In this document: positions 9,302 to 18,803 of the stretch, one piece after another
Numbering within the stretch: position 1 is the stretch's first letter
Layout: every line of letters starts with the position of its first letter
Assembly: GCA_038897215.1 (NCBI GenBank)
Contig: JAWAWX010000001.1
Span: 192,001-256,000 of the forward strand
Length of the DNA stretch: 64,000 nucleotides
From: Acidilobaceae archaeon
Lineage (GTDB): Archaea > Thermoproteota > Thermoprotei_A > Sulfolobales > Acidilobaceae
Direction: 5' to 3'
The notes under the pieces: model-generated
Databases searched by the model: none
What the model was told of the DNA's origin: nothing
What the model saw: only the letters and a program-made list of their open reading frames with translations
Translations under genes and position numbers: made by a program

Positions 9302-10045
9302 TTGGAGCGGGATAGGGGCTCTCTCAGAGTCGCTGTGCTTGATGTAGACGGTACTCTGACCGTTAGGCGGGGTAGCCTTCTGCTCTCTCCCGAAGCCGTC
9401 GTGGCTGTTCGCGTCTTGAAGTGTATGGGGATGATTGTCTCTCTAGTCTCAGGCAACTCTCTCCCCATTGTAGCCGGGCTCTCCGCCTACCTCGGTGCAG
9501 ACATAGCCATTGGCGAGAATGGCTGCATAGCTCTGCTAGAGGGAGAGGAGGAGGTCCATATCTGTAAGTCTAGGCCTCCCCGGTGGCTCGTGGAGGAGGT
9601 CTTGAAGCTAGGCTTCAGGGAGTCTTGGCAGAACAAGTTTAGAGTCTACGACCTAGCATTCTACCCTCCTCCCGGCGACCTGACTGGAGGCTTGAGGAGA
9701 GCTAGAAAGCTAGCTCTCGAGAACGGCTTTGCCGCATCCTGGTCTGGCTACGCTCTCCACATACACCCACGAGAGGGAGGCAAGGATAGAGGCGTTGAGG
9801 CTATTCTCGAGAAGCTAGGGCTCGAGTGGAGCAATGTCTTAGCTGTAGGGGATGGAGATAACGATGCTGTCGTGTTAGCGAAAGCGAGAATGTCTATAGC
9901 GCTAGCAGACGCCTCCGAGCTAGCTAAAAGAGCCTCGACGGTGATCGCTAGGAGCACCGGGGGGTCTGGCGTGCTAGAAGCTCTCCTCGAGCTAGCAGGC
10001 TTTGAGAGCTACTCGGAGGCTCTATCTAGATGCGGGAGTCTCTAG
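9302..10045 (+). CDS. HAD-family phosphoglycolate phosphatase (TA0175-like)
   Basis: DVDGTLT, SGN, ENG, K, GDGDND motifs. Confidence 0.85.
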   Translation: MERDRGSLRVAVLDVDGTLTVRRGSLLLSPEAVVAVRVLKCMGMIVSLVSGNSLPIVAGLSAYLGADIAIGENGCIALLEGEEEVHICKSRPPRWLVEEVLKLGFRESWQNKFRVYDLAFYPPPGDLTGGLRRARKLALENGFAASWSGYALHIHPREGGKDRGVEAILEKLGLEWSNVLAVGDGDNDAVVLAKARMSIALADASELAKRASTVIARSTGGSGVLEALLELAGFESYSEALSRCGSL

Positions 10046-10918
10046 CGCTGGCTCAGCTTTCCTGAAAGCTCTCACAACGCTCGCTTCAGGCCTCTTACCC
10101 ACAGGGAATATCATGACGGGGAACTCTTCCTCACAGTCTATCTCTAGAATCCTGCAGACATCATCATCGTAGAACGCTCCCACGGCTACAGTAGCTAGGT
10201 TGAGTGCTTCAGCAACGAGGTACACGTGCTCAGACGCCATAGCAGCATCTAGGAGCACGTAGCGATACGCTCGAAGCCCGTATCTGCTCGCAGTCCTCCT
10301 GTAGACAGCAGTCACTACTATAATGGCTGGAGCTCTAGCGACAAATGTCTGGTCTAGAGAGGCTACGGAGAGAGCCACGGAGAAGTCTCCTCTCTTGAGT
10401 AACTCGAGACTATGCTCGCTAGGATTGTAGTGGTATAGCCCTCTATCCAAGCCCGTCACTCTAGACGCCGCCAGGTAGAGCTCGACAGGCTGGAGGTTGC
10501 CAGCGCTAGGGTAGGCTCTGAGAAGCTCTCCCCACCTAGTCCTAGAGGTCACTCCCGCGGTGTAGTACAGGAGAGCAGAGACCTCGCTCAGGCTCAGAGG
10601 CTCGTGAGAGTAAGACCGTCTGCTCCTCCGAGACTTGATAGCAGTGAATACATCGACCCCGCTCTTCTCAAGAGGCTCAGGTAGAGGAATCCTTATAGCG
10701 TTCGGGTAGACTTTGTGGAATGGCTCTGATTTATATAGAAGACTCATACCCAGATAGCCGCGGCTATGGAGCGAGAGGTAGTGGTACACCAGAGACGGGT
10801 CTCTCTTCTCTCTAGCTCTTCTAAGCCCTCTAGCCAGAACTCTAACCACGTCCTCCGGCAGGGTATCACATAGCTTCTCTACTGCTTCACTAGCCTCTCT
10901 TAAACTCACTCTCTTCAC
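10022..10918 (-). CDS. SagB/ThcOx-family nitroreductase-fold protein
   Basis: RRSRR, RAYPSAG.L.P.ELY, YG.RAYRY..LDA, VGAFYDD. Confidence 0.9.
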   Translation of the reverse strand: MKRVSLREASEAVEKLCDTLPEDVVRVLARGLRRAREKRDPSLVYHYLSLHSRGYLGMSLLYKSEPFHKVYPNAIRIPLPEPLEKSGVDVFTAIKSRRSRRSYSHEPLSLSEVSALLYYTAGVTSRTRWGELLRAYPSAGNLQPVELYLAASRVTGLDRGLYHYNPSEHSLELLKRGDFSVALSVASLDQTFVARAPAIIVVTAVYRRTASRYGLRAYRYVLLDAAMASEHVYLVAEALNLATVAVGAFYDDDVCRILEIDCEEEFPVMIFPVGKRPEASVVRAFRKAEPALETPASR

Positions 10919-11084
10919 CTTTTAAGAGCGAGCTTTAGCTGGTTTTAAAGCTAGAGTTTTAGCTAAGATTTATAAATTATCTTAAGATCTATTTTTAGTG
11001 CTTGGTTTCAGTTATACTCACACATAGACAGGGTAGCGTGAGCGAGAGTAGAGCGATGACCTCCACGAGAGTCGAGAGCAGGGT

Positions 11085-12248
11085 CTAGAAGAGGCTTATG
11101 GTTACTCGAGTGTTATGACTTCCCACAGCTACCTCTCTAGATGAGACCCTGTAGGGTCTCGTGTCTGGCTTCGCGTCTTTGATGAATAGATGCGTCTTAC
11201 ACCTGCCTACAAAGGTCACTATCGGCTTCAGCTTGGCTATAGAGGGAGCCCAGGTGCAGCCGTGGAGGGGTGCTGTTAACGCTAGCGTTTTCCTGACCCC
11301 GGCTCCGAGCATCTTGGAGACTATGAGGTCGGCTACTTCTCCGCTAAGCGGCCCTAGTATTAGCAGAGCAGGGTTCTTCTTGTTGGAGACTAGAGGCTTG
11401 TAGAGGCTTGTGTGAGAGTATCTCTGCAAGTCTCTCTTAACCTCTATCTCTGCATATGTCTCGCTCAAAGGCTCTACCAGTATGCTGAGAGATGTGAGCT
11501 GGTTGACTGCGGCTAAGAGCTCTCCGTAGACTCCTTTGAGTGATGGGATAGGCTTTGACATGAATGAGGTTAAGTCGACGCTCCCGCTTAGAGAGAGCTC
11601 TGAGTGAAGCACTGGCTTCTCGCTTATAAGCTGCCTCCAGCGCTCATCTCCTACTCCCAGCGGCTTCGCTCTAGCAGAGACATCGTCTAGCAGCTTCTCC
11701 ACCACCTCCTCTCGTCTAGCATAGCTTTCTCTACAATCCTCTCTCTCAAGGCATCTCTCGAGAACCCTAGCTAGGCTAGTCTCAGCTCTCCTACAGTACT
11801 CGCTGAGAGCCTCGGGGGGAGGAGGCCAGAGCACTGAGAGAGCGGTCTTCGAGAAGGATAGAGTAGAGCCGGCTGAGAGAAGGCTGATGCTAGAACATCT
11901 TCTAGCCAAGCCTTCGAGAGACGCTTCGAGCAAATGGGGTGATGTCAGTGAAAGGAAGGCTAGAGTCTTCGACAAGAAGCTTCTACACTCAGAGCTAGCT
12001 ATAGGCGCGGCTAGCCCGCATCTCTCGAGCTCTCCGCGAGACGCTATGAGGAATAGCGGAGCGTAGAGAGGGCTTAGAGAAGCCTGGATGTGGCTATCCG
12101 GGGGCACTCTCGCTAGGAGGCTCTCCCGCAGGACTCTCTCAGCGCAGGAGTGGTAGACTCCAGCATCGATGCTCACCACGTGCCCACCGTCCTGGATCAG
12201 GCTAGAGACGCCCCAGCCGCTGGGCAGGATGAAGACTCGAGTCTCCAG
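11085..12248 (-). CDS. Degenerate MBL-fold (ComEC-C-like) protein; probable CTG start upstream of the tracked ORF
   Basis: In-frame extension LETRVFILPSGWGVSSLIQDGGHVVSIDAG resembles the first MBL strands; VLWPP and APLHG also fit; no HxHxDH. Confidence 0.5.
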   Translation of the reverse strand: METRVFILPSGWGVSSLIQDGGHVVSIDAGVYHSCAERVLRESLLARVPPDSHIQASLSPLYAPLFLIASRGELERCGLAAPIASSECRSFLSKTLAFLSLTSPHLLEASLEGLARRCSSISLLSAGSTLSFSKTALSVLWPPPPEALSEYCRRAETSLARVLERCLEREDCRESYARREEVVEKLLDDVSARAKPLGVGDERWRQLISEKPVLHSELSLSGSVDLTSFMSKPIPSLKGVYGELLAAVNQLTSLSILVEPLSETYAEIEVKRDLQRYSHTSLYKPLVSNKKNPALLILGPLSGEVADLIVSKMLGAGVRKTLALTAPLHGCTWAPSIAKLKPIVTFVGRCKTHLFIKDAKPDTRPYRVSSREVAVGSHNTRVTISLF

Positions 12249-12365
12249 AGCTCAGCCCCCAGGGGGTCTCGCCGCCTAGGATTTATTATGTGGGCGAGTC
12301 TCCGAGCAGTCGTGGATAAAGGTTAGAGAACAATTATTCTCGAGGAGTGGTGCTCTCTCGAGCTA

Positions 12366-12641
12366 CTACTCTCCGTACTCTCCTATGCTCTCTAAGACTA
12401 TCTCGTAGTACGAGTCTTTCGCTTGCTCTAGCTCCTCTCTCCGCTCTTCTCCAGTAGCCTGAGTCTTGCTCACAGTCTTAGTAGTTAGAATCTTGGGCTC
12501 TCCCTTGCTCACAGTCCTCATCTCCACTCTATCCTTCTCTGTCACCGGTATCTCGTAGCCGCAGCTACTGCACCTCATGACGACCTCCTTGTCTTTCCTA
12601 ATGGGGGCCATGATGCTACCACATTTGGAGCAAAATCTCAC
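12366..12641 (-). CDS. RpoM/TFS-family N-terminal zinc ribbon protein (truncated TFS paralog)
   Basis: FCSKCGSIM...CSSCGY; GTG at 12641 preceded by GAGGTG; no C-terminal ribbon. Confidence 0.75.
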   Translation of the reverse strand: MRFCSKCGSIMAPIRKDKEVVMRCSSCGYEIPVTEKDRVEMRTVSKGEPKILTTKTVSKTQATGEERREELEQAKDSYYEIVLESIGEYGE

Positions 12642-12696
12642 AAGCAACACCTCATCCGGAGCAGTCTTAGAGCCCATATCTTCTCTTTCCGGCAGG

Positions 12697-13626
12697 TTAA
12701 ATATTTTCCGTTGATCCATCGACTGGAACGCTTTCGAAGCCCCTCTCAGAAAGTGCCTCCCCGCTGGCTATCTTCAGTGCTAGCACGCTAACCCAGAAGG
12801 GCTTCCCTCTAGTAGACCTCAGGACCCCCCTCTTCCAGCTTCTCGAGCGCGGCTCCCTGAAGGGTAGAGGGTTACCGCAGCGAGGGCAGCTGGGGTCTTC
12901 TACTATCGTGACGAGAGTGCTCCTAGACCTCTGAGCTAGGATGGCTCCGCAGTTCTCGCAGTAGGTGTCGTGCTCGTAGAACCCTCCTGAGTGTATGTAC
13001 GTGTAGGGGTTAGCCTTCCTGAGCTTCTCGTAGAGCTCTCTCAATCCCCCCCAGTGGCTCTCGGCGACGAAGACGTGTAGGGGAGTCTTGTATCTGGCTG
13101 CTAGCTCAACTGACTCAGAGGACTCCACGTCTCCAGCTTTCTCAGCGTAGACAGCTACCTCCACGTGAGCCCCCAGGTTTCTCGATGCCTCTAGGAGGTC
13201 TGCTATGTTTCCCACGGCTTGGGGGGCTATGAGGCTCAGGTCTTCTAGGAGAATGCAGTCTAGCCATGGGGGTAGCTCTACTCTAGCCAGCCCCTGAGAC
13301 CGGGAGCAGAGAGGCTTGTCGAAGACTCTCTCCCTCAAGACACTCGAGGCTTCTGCTAGAGGCTCAACGCCGTCTAGGAAGACGACGTCGTGAGTCCACC
13401 TTCCCGCTATAGACTTGACCCAGGCTACGTCCACGAGAACGCCCGGGTAGACCTCAGGCCCTCTACCCCACTCGCAGACCTCCAGCTCTCTACTCTCGCC
13501 AAGCTTGCAGTCTATGGAGGTGTAGGGTTTGAGCAGTACTCTCAGAGCTCTAGAGCCCGGCATGAAGTGATAGATGGGTATAGACTCTATTGCCGATAAG
13601 CCGACCATCACTACGCTGAGCTCCAC
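12697..13626 (-). CDS. AmmeMemoRadiSam (PflA-like) radical SAM homolog lacking the CxxxCxxC motif
   Basis: IESIPIYHFMPGS and C-terminal DTYCENCG...CPRCG are family hallmarks; the cluster motif is absent. Confidence 0.65.
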   Translation of the reverse strand: MELSVVMVGLSAIESIPIYHFMPGSRALRVLLKPYTSIDCKLGESRELEVCEWGRGPEVYPGVLVDVAWVKSIAGRWTHDVVFLDGVEPLAEASSVLRERVFDKPLCSRSQGLARVELPPWLDCILLEDLSLIAPQAVGNIADLLEASRNLGAHVEVAVYAEKAGDVESSESVELAARYKTPLHVFVAESHWGGLRELYEKLRKANPYTYIHSGGFYEHDTYCENCGAILAQRSRSTLVTIVEDPSCPRCGNPLPFREPRSRSWKRGVLRSTRGKPFWVSVLALKIASGEALSERGFESVPVDGSTENI

Positions 13627-13692
13627 AACAGCCCCCTAGTCTATGAGAGAGATTAGGCTCTCTATTAAACTCTAGAGAGCGGTGGGGTATTT

Positions 13693-14595
13693 TTGAGAGC
13701 TAGGATAGCCGGGCTCACGGAGCACGCTAGAAGCATTGCTCTCAAGCTCTCGGATATCGCGGGATTCGAGTACCTAGACCTCTCCCACAAGAGGTTCCCA
13801 GACGGGGAGGTCTACGTGAGGGTAGAGAGGAGACTCGATGGCTCCAGAGTGGTTCTAGTAGCTGACTGTAGCCCCCCTAGGCAGAGCGAGTGCATAGTCG
13901 AGTCAGTGGTGGCAGCAGATGCTCTATACGGCTCTGGAGCCGAGGAGGTAATCCTCTACGCGCCCTACCTCCCCTACGCTAGGCAGGATAGAGTGTTCCT
14001 CGAGGGGGAGGCTGTTAGCGCTAGAGCAGTGCTTAGAGCTCTCTACAACTCTGGCTTCAGGAGGCTGGCTGTCGTCGAGGCTCACAGCGAGAGAGTCGGG
14101 GAGCACTTCCCCGGAGTCTTCTGCAACATCAGACCCCTCCCCTACATGGCTAAAGTAGCTGGAGTGAGCTCCTCTAGCATCGTGGTCGCTCCGGACTCTG
14201 GAGCTCTCGAGAGAGCGCGTAGCGTGGCCTCAGCCACCGGGTCTGCTCTAGTATCGTTCAAGAAGACCAGGGATAGAGTTACTGGAGAGATTAGAGTAGA
14301 GGCTCGAGACCTGCTCGAAGCACGCGGTAGAGAGGCTTACATCGTCGACGACATGATCAGCACAGGCTCGACTATAGCGGAGGTCGCTAGAATACTCTTA
14401 GAGATAGGGGTAGCGAGAGTGAGCGTTCTCGTAGCCCACTACCTGAACCTCCCTGGCTCGATGGAGAGACTTGTGGGAGCTGGTGTGAGTAGAGTGATCG
14501 CGGCTAACACCATCGCTCCAGCGGCAAGCAGCTCTCTGGTCTACGTGGATATAAGCGAGGTTGTTGCAGACGAGCTGAAGAGGTGCTTGTCTTAG
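13693..14595 (+). CDS. prs: Ribose-phosphate pyrophosphokinase
   Basis: FPDGE, PYLPYARQDR, APDSGA, VDDMISTGST. Confidence 0.95.
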   Translation: MRARIAGLTEHARSIALKLSDIAGFEYLDLSHKRFPDGEVYVRVERRLDGSRVVLVADCSPPRQSECIVESVVAADALYGSGAEEVILYAPYLPYARQDRVFLEGEAVSARAVLRALYNSGFRRLAVVEAHSERVGEHFPGVFCNIRPLPYMAKVAGVSSSSIVVAPDSGALERARSVASATGSALVSFKKTRDRVTGEIRVEARDLLEARGREAYIVDDMISTGSTIAEVARILLEIGVARVSVLVAHYLNLPGSMERLVGAGVSRVIAANTIAPAASSSLVYVDISEVVADELKRCLS

Positions 14596-15575
14596 TGGAG
14601 AAACTCTACCTACTCTACTCTCTCGAAAACCAGCCTCTAGCAAGAGAAGAGCTGGGAGCCCTGATAGAGATAGCGGTCCCCGAGTCTAGGATACTGGCTG
14701 AAGCAGAAGGCCTAGTCCTCCTAGAGGCTAGAGTAGAGGATGTGAGGAGAGCGTTCTCCAGGTCAGCGTACATCCTGGAGTACGGAGAGCTCCTATCCTA
14801 CGGGAGCATCGACGAGGTCGAGCAGGTGGTAGAAGAAGCAGTAGCAAAGAAGGGCTACAGCAGTCCAGCGATTCACGCTAAGAGCATCAAGAGCTATGGG
14901 AGAGAAGCTCTCTCCAAGCTCGAGAAGCTCTCTCTAAAGAACTCGAGAAGAGGCTATCTCAGAGTCGTCGCTAGCGAGAGCCTCGTAGCGGCAGGAGTCC
15001 CTCTGGAGAAGCTGAAGATCTCGAGAGCGATAAAGCCTAGAGCTAGAGCGGTAACGGGAGCCCTAGACCCTAGAGTCTCCAGAGCGCTAGTCAATCTCTC
15101 AAGGCTGAGAGAGGGAGGAGTCTTCCTAGACCCCTTCTGCGGAACAGGAAACCTAGCTATAGAAGCGTGTAGCGTGGGCGCGTCGAGAGCTCTCTGTAGC
15201 GACATAGATAGCTCTATGTGCGGAGTCTCCCGAGTCAACGCGGAGAAGGCGGGAGTAGCCGAGTGCGTTGAGGTCTTGAGGAGCGATGCGAGAGAGCAAC
15301 CGCACCCAGGGGAGTCCTTGGACGCTGTAGCCACAGACCCTCCTTACGGGAGGTCGAGCTCTACCCGGGGGGAGGGCTATGAGAGGCTCGTAGAGGAGTT
15401 CCTAGAGGAGTCTCTAGACTCGCTCAAGAGAGGCTCCTACATAGTCTACGCTGGCCCCTACGAGCTCAAGCCCTGGCTTCTAGCCGAGAGAGTGGGCCTC
15501 GTTTTCGTCAAGAGGATCCACATGTTTGTCCACAGGAGCCTAGTCAGAGAAGTCGTGGTAGCGAGAGTGCCGTAG
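14583..15575 (+). CDS. tRNA m2G10 methyltransferase (Trm11/TrmG10 family)
   Basis: LDPFCGTG and TDPPYGRSS; N-terminal THUMP-like region. Confidence 0.8.
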   Translation: MLVLVEKLYLLYSLENQPLAREELGALIEIAVPESRILAEAEGLVLLEARVEDVRRAFSRSAYILEYGELLSYGSIDEVEQVVEEAVAKKGYSSPAIHAKSIKSYGREALSKLEKLSLKNSRRGYLRVVASESLVAAGVPLEKLKISRAIKPRARAVTGALDPRVSRALVNLSRLREGGVFLDPFCGTGNLAIEACSVGASRALCSDIDSSMCGVSRVNAEKAGVAECVEVLRSDAREQPHPGESLDAVATDPPYGRSSSTRGEGYERLVEEFLEESLDSLKRGSYIVYAGPYELKPWLLAERVGLVFVKRIHMFVHRSLVREVVVARVP

Positions 15576-15577
15576 AG

Positions 15578-16513
15578 TTGGCTAGATACATAGAGGTATA
15601 CATGCTCGGAACCGGGGGAAGCGTCCCCACAGCTGAGAGGATGACTTCCTGCATACTGGTGAAAGACTGGCTTGGCTTCCACGTGCTCCTCGACGTAGGA
15701 GAGGGGTGTCAGCTCAGGCTACAGCAAGCGGGGGTCTCTCCGGCCTCTATAGACGTGGTGGCTCTAACGCACAGCCATGGAGACCACGTGAACGGACTAG
15801 CTGGACTAGTGCAGACCATGACTCTCCAGGATAGGAGTAAGGAGCTCCTGATAATTGGGGCTAGGGATGCTGTCGAGTTTGCTGAAGAAAGCCTGGAGGT
15901 AACCAGGCTGAGAGCAGGGTTCTCTATCAGGACGCTCGCTGTGAAGAACAGGGGGTCGGTGGAGCTACAGGTCAGAGGAGGAGACACTCTAGCCCTCTCC
16001 TGGTCTCCGGCGTGTCACAGCATAGAGTCCTACGCTTTCAGGCTCGAGTGGAGTCTGAGAGCTAGAGTCGACGTAGCGAAGCTAGAGGCTCTCGGGCTCA
16101 AACCCGGCTCCTGGCTTAGAGAGCTCTTCGAGAAAAAGGAGGTCGAGGTCGGGGGGAGGATGCTCAGAGTAGAGGACGTAGCACTAGAGCCTCCTCGCTC
16201 CTTCTCAGTCACGTACTCTGGAGACACCACGCTATGCGATAGCGTCGTGGAGCTCGCTAGAGGCTCCCACCTCTTGATCCACGAGGCCACGTTCTCCGCT
16301 AGAGACTCGAGAGACGCTAGCGAAGCCTACCACAGCACGTCTCTAGACGCTGCTACAGCCGCTCTAGAAGCGAGAGTAGCGGAGCTAATCCTCACACACG
16401 TGAGCGGCAGGTATAGAGGATTCGAGGCTAGAGTTCTCGAGAGAGAAGCCCGGCAACTGTTCCCCCGAGCCCGCCTAGCCTGGGACCTGATGAGACTCAG
16501 ATTCATTGTATGA
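15578..16513 (+). CDS. rnz: Ribonuclease Z
   Basis: LGTGGSVP, DVGEG, THSHGDH, GLKPG exosite, YSGDT, HEATF, HS, THVSGRY. Confidence 0.93.
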   Translation: MARYIEVYMLGTGGSVPTAERMTSCILVKDWLGFHVLLDVGEGCQLRLQQAGVSPASIDVVALTHSHGDHVNGLAGLVQTMTLQDRSKELLIIGARDAVEFAEESLEVTRLRAGFSIRTLAVKNRGSVELQVRGGDTLALSWSPACHSIESYAFRLEWSLRARVDVAKLEALGLKPGSWLRELFEKKEVEVGGRMLRVEDVALEPPRSFSVTYSGDTTLCDSVVELARGSHLLIHEATFSARDSRDASEAYHSTSLDAATAALEARVAELILTHVSGRYRGFEARVLEREARQLFPRARLAWDLMRLRFIV

Positions 16514-16533
16514 GCTAAAGCTAAAGCTCTCCA

Positions 16534-16950
16534 ATGGGAGAAACCTCGGGGAGAGCAGGAGTGAGCGAGAAGCATAGAGAAGAGGAGGTCCAGAAGAAGA
16601 TGATTGCTCTGCTGAGAGCAGGAGCGACGATGCTCGCTGAATCGTGCCCTCTAGACGGCTACCCCCTATTCAGGCTCAAGAGCGGAGAAATAGTGTGCCC
16701 TCTCCACGGCAGGGTCTTCGTTGTATCCAGTGAGAGTGAAGCTGAGGAAGTAGAGATAGACTACGTGGTCTCTAAGATAGCGCTCTACGCGGCTAGGAAA
16801 GCCTACGAGACGCTATCATCTAACGGAGACCCCGACGATATCAGAGCATGGCTCTCAGTGCTGGAGGCAGCGGAGAGAGTCAGGAGTCTCAGGTTGCAGG
16901 CTAAGAGCCACCTAAAGCAAGCCGAGGCTAAGGGTGAAAGCAGAGGTTGA
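16534..16950 (+). CDS. UPF0148 / SSSCA1-family zinc-ribbon protein
   Basis: LLRAGATML.E.CP...PLF...G..VCP.H. Confidence 0.85.
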   Translation: MGETSGRAGVSEKHREEEVQKKMIALLRAGATMLAESCPLDGYPLFRLKSGEIVCPLHGRVFVVSSESEAEEVEIDYVVSKIALYAARKAYETLSSNGDPDDIRAWLSVLEAAERVRSLRLQAKSHLKQAEAKGESRG

Positions 16951-17891
16951 GCAGTATACTGAGCAGAGAGGAGCTCGAGGCGTGCATAGACGTAGCCTAC
17001 AGCACCTACACCAGGTCGGAGGTCCTCGGGGGCTCGGTAGAGGTAGAGAGAGAGTCGAGCGCGAGCTCTGAGACGAGCTATGGTAGAGTCGCTCTCTTAG
17101 TCAAGAGCGTTCACGAGGTTAGCGTAGACGAAGTCCCGATACTGAACTCTATAATGGATGCTCTCAGTCCTCGCGACATAGACTTGGAGATATACGAGTA
17201 CGATAAGCTAACAGGCTTGAAGAGCTCTCGCTACGAGGTTTTCGCTGAAAACCTCGAAGAAGCCGTGCTGAAAGGAAGAGCGTTGATAGCCATACTCCCC
17301 TACGTCATGCCCATAGCTCTCCTCTCACGCTTGAGTAGAGAAGCCTCGGAGGTCTTGGAGGAGAAGTCTAGCGTAGTCTTGGTGAACGTGAGGTACAAGA
17401 ATCTCCTCTACCTCCCCGAGGCTAGCGTTGCCGGAGGAGTAGTAGAGCTAGTGGGCAAAGAGAGTAGCCTCTCGAGCACTGAGAGGCTTCAATGGCTTAG
17501 AGAAGAGGCTCTCAGGAGAGGGTTTAAGAGAGTAGAGTTAAGGGTTCTCCCCGATAACAGGAGCATATTCGAGTACGTGACAAGCCTAGGGCCTAGAGGC
17601 ATCTACAAGAGAGTCCCTGTCACCAAGCTCTCCTACTTCCTAGTAGCCTTAGCTCGGTGCCAGGGCTGGTCTGGCATAGAGGAGCTGATGAGGAGAGAGG
17701 AGGCGGTGCACGCTATATACATGTACGGCTTGAGCAAAGACCTGGAGAACGACATACTCTCAGAGCTCAAGAAGACTCTGAGCAAGCGCTCGCTACCAGT
17801 GCCCCGCGAGCCTCACAAAGCGTGGGTCAAGAAGGGAGTCGAGAGCGTGATGGTCGAGCTCCTCAGAGTCTACGGGCTTATAGGAGGATAG
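16947..17891 (+). CDS. Hypothetical protein
   Basis: 314 aa ORF with a TTGA overlap to the previous gene; no motif recognised. Confidence 0.7.
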   Translation: MSSILSREELEACIDVAYSTYTRSEVLGGSVEVERESSASSETSYGRVALLVKSVHEVSVDEVPILNSIMDALSPRDIDLEIYEYDKLTGLKSSRYEVFAENLEEAVLKGRALIAILPYVMPIALLSRLSREASEVLEEKSSVVLVNVRYKNLLYLPEASVAGGVVELVGKESSLSSTERLQWLREEALRRGFKRVELRVLPDNRSIFEYVTSLGPRGIYKRVPVTKLSYFLVALARCQGWSGIEELMRREEAVHAIYMYGLSKDLENDILSELKKTLSKRSLPVPREPHKAWVKKGVESVMVELLRVYGLIGG

Positions 17892-17899
17892 CTCTAGAG

Positions 17900-18757
17900 A
17901 TGCCTAGAGTCAGAGTGTCTGAGAGCAGAGCAGTCGAGGTCGGCAGGCTCCTATCCAGGCTCGGCGTTAGAGCAGTTCTAGAACTCGAAGACGCGGACCC
18001 CCAGAGGGTAGCAGCTCTAGTTATAAGGAGCCACGTGGGAGCCTGGGCTCCAGTCTACACTCTACTCCTTGCTCTAGCCAGCTACAGGCTCTCAGCTAGA
18101 GGAGAGGAGTGGTGGAGCTCCTACGCGGACTTCGTCGTGTCTCGGAGGAAGCCAGAGAGCTTGGAGGACGTGGTCGGAGACGTGGTTGATTTCATCTACA
18201 CCAGCCCGGGAGCAGGGGTCAGGAGAGACGAGAAGGCTAGGAGAGTCGAGAGAGCATCGAGGAGCGCTAGAGGCTTGCTACTAGCTCTCAGAGAAGACAA
18301 CAGCATAGTCTACACTAGAGCTCAGTGGATCCTGGGAGAGGTCTCTAGAAGCCTGGGAGCACCGTGGTACTCAAAGACTGTAGTGTTCGCTCTAAAGATG
18401 GCGTACTACGCTGTCAGAAGCCCGGGAGAAGCCAGGGTAGTCGAGGGGGTCGACGCTGTCCCAGTAGACTCTAGAGTAGCTTGCGCCTCGTACTCCAGCC
18501 TCATAGTGGAAGCTGAGAGCTACAGAGATGCTCTCAGAGAGCAGAGAGAAGTCTCTAGAGCCTGGGCTCTAGCATCTAGAGCTAGCGGCATACCTGGAGT
18601 CCACCTAGACTCGCTCCTATGGCTCACAGGCTGGGCTCCTCGAGACCTAGACCTGAGCGCGGCTAGAGTAGCGGTAGCAGAGACGCTCTCGAGAGTAGCC
18701 TCCCGCGACCTAGCCGAGCAGATAGCCGTGGAGATCTGCAGGAGAGAGTGCAGATAA
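17900..18757 (+). CDS. N-glycosylase/DNA lyase (archaeal 8-oxoguanine glycosylase, AGOG)
   Basis: SYRLSARGEEWW, KTVVFALKM, PVDSRV, HLDSLLW. Start reassigned to ATG 17900 because the tracked 17657 start overlaps the previous gene. Confidence 0.88.
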   Translation: MPRVRVSESRAVEVGRLLSRLGVRAVLELEDADPQRVAALVIRSHVGAWAPVYTLLLALASYRLSARGEEWWSSYADFVVSRRKPESLEDVVGDVVDFIYTSPGAGVRRDEKARRVERASRSARGLLLALREDNSIVYTRAQWILGEVSRSLGAPWYSKTVVFALKMAYYAVRSPGEARVVEGVDAVPVDSRVACASYSSLIVEAESYRDALREQREVSRAWALASRASGIPGVHLDSLLWLTGWAPRDLDLSAARVAVAETLSRVASRDLAEQIAVEICRRECR

Positions 18758-18803
18758 GACCTTGAGCTAGCCCTCTTGGAGAGCAGAGGAGGCGAGGGAG
18801 AGA

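Noticed and set aside
10919-11084. AT-rich intergenic region as a replication origin
   Set aside because: No ORB/G-string repeats and no cdc6 or whiP gene nearby.
17657-17899. Long N-terminal extension of AGOG in the ORF track
   Set aside because: It overlaps the upstream gene and is low-complexity; ATG 17900 is the plausible start.
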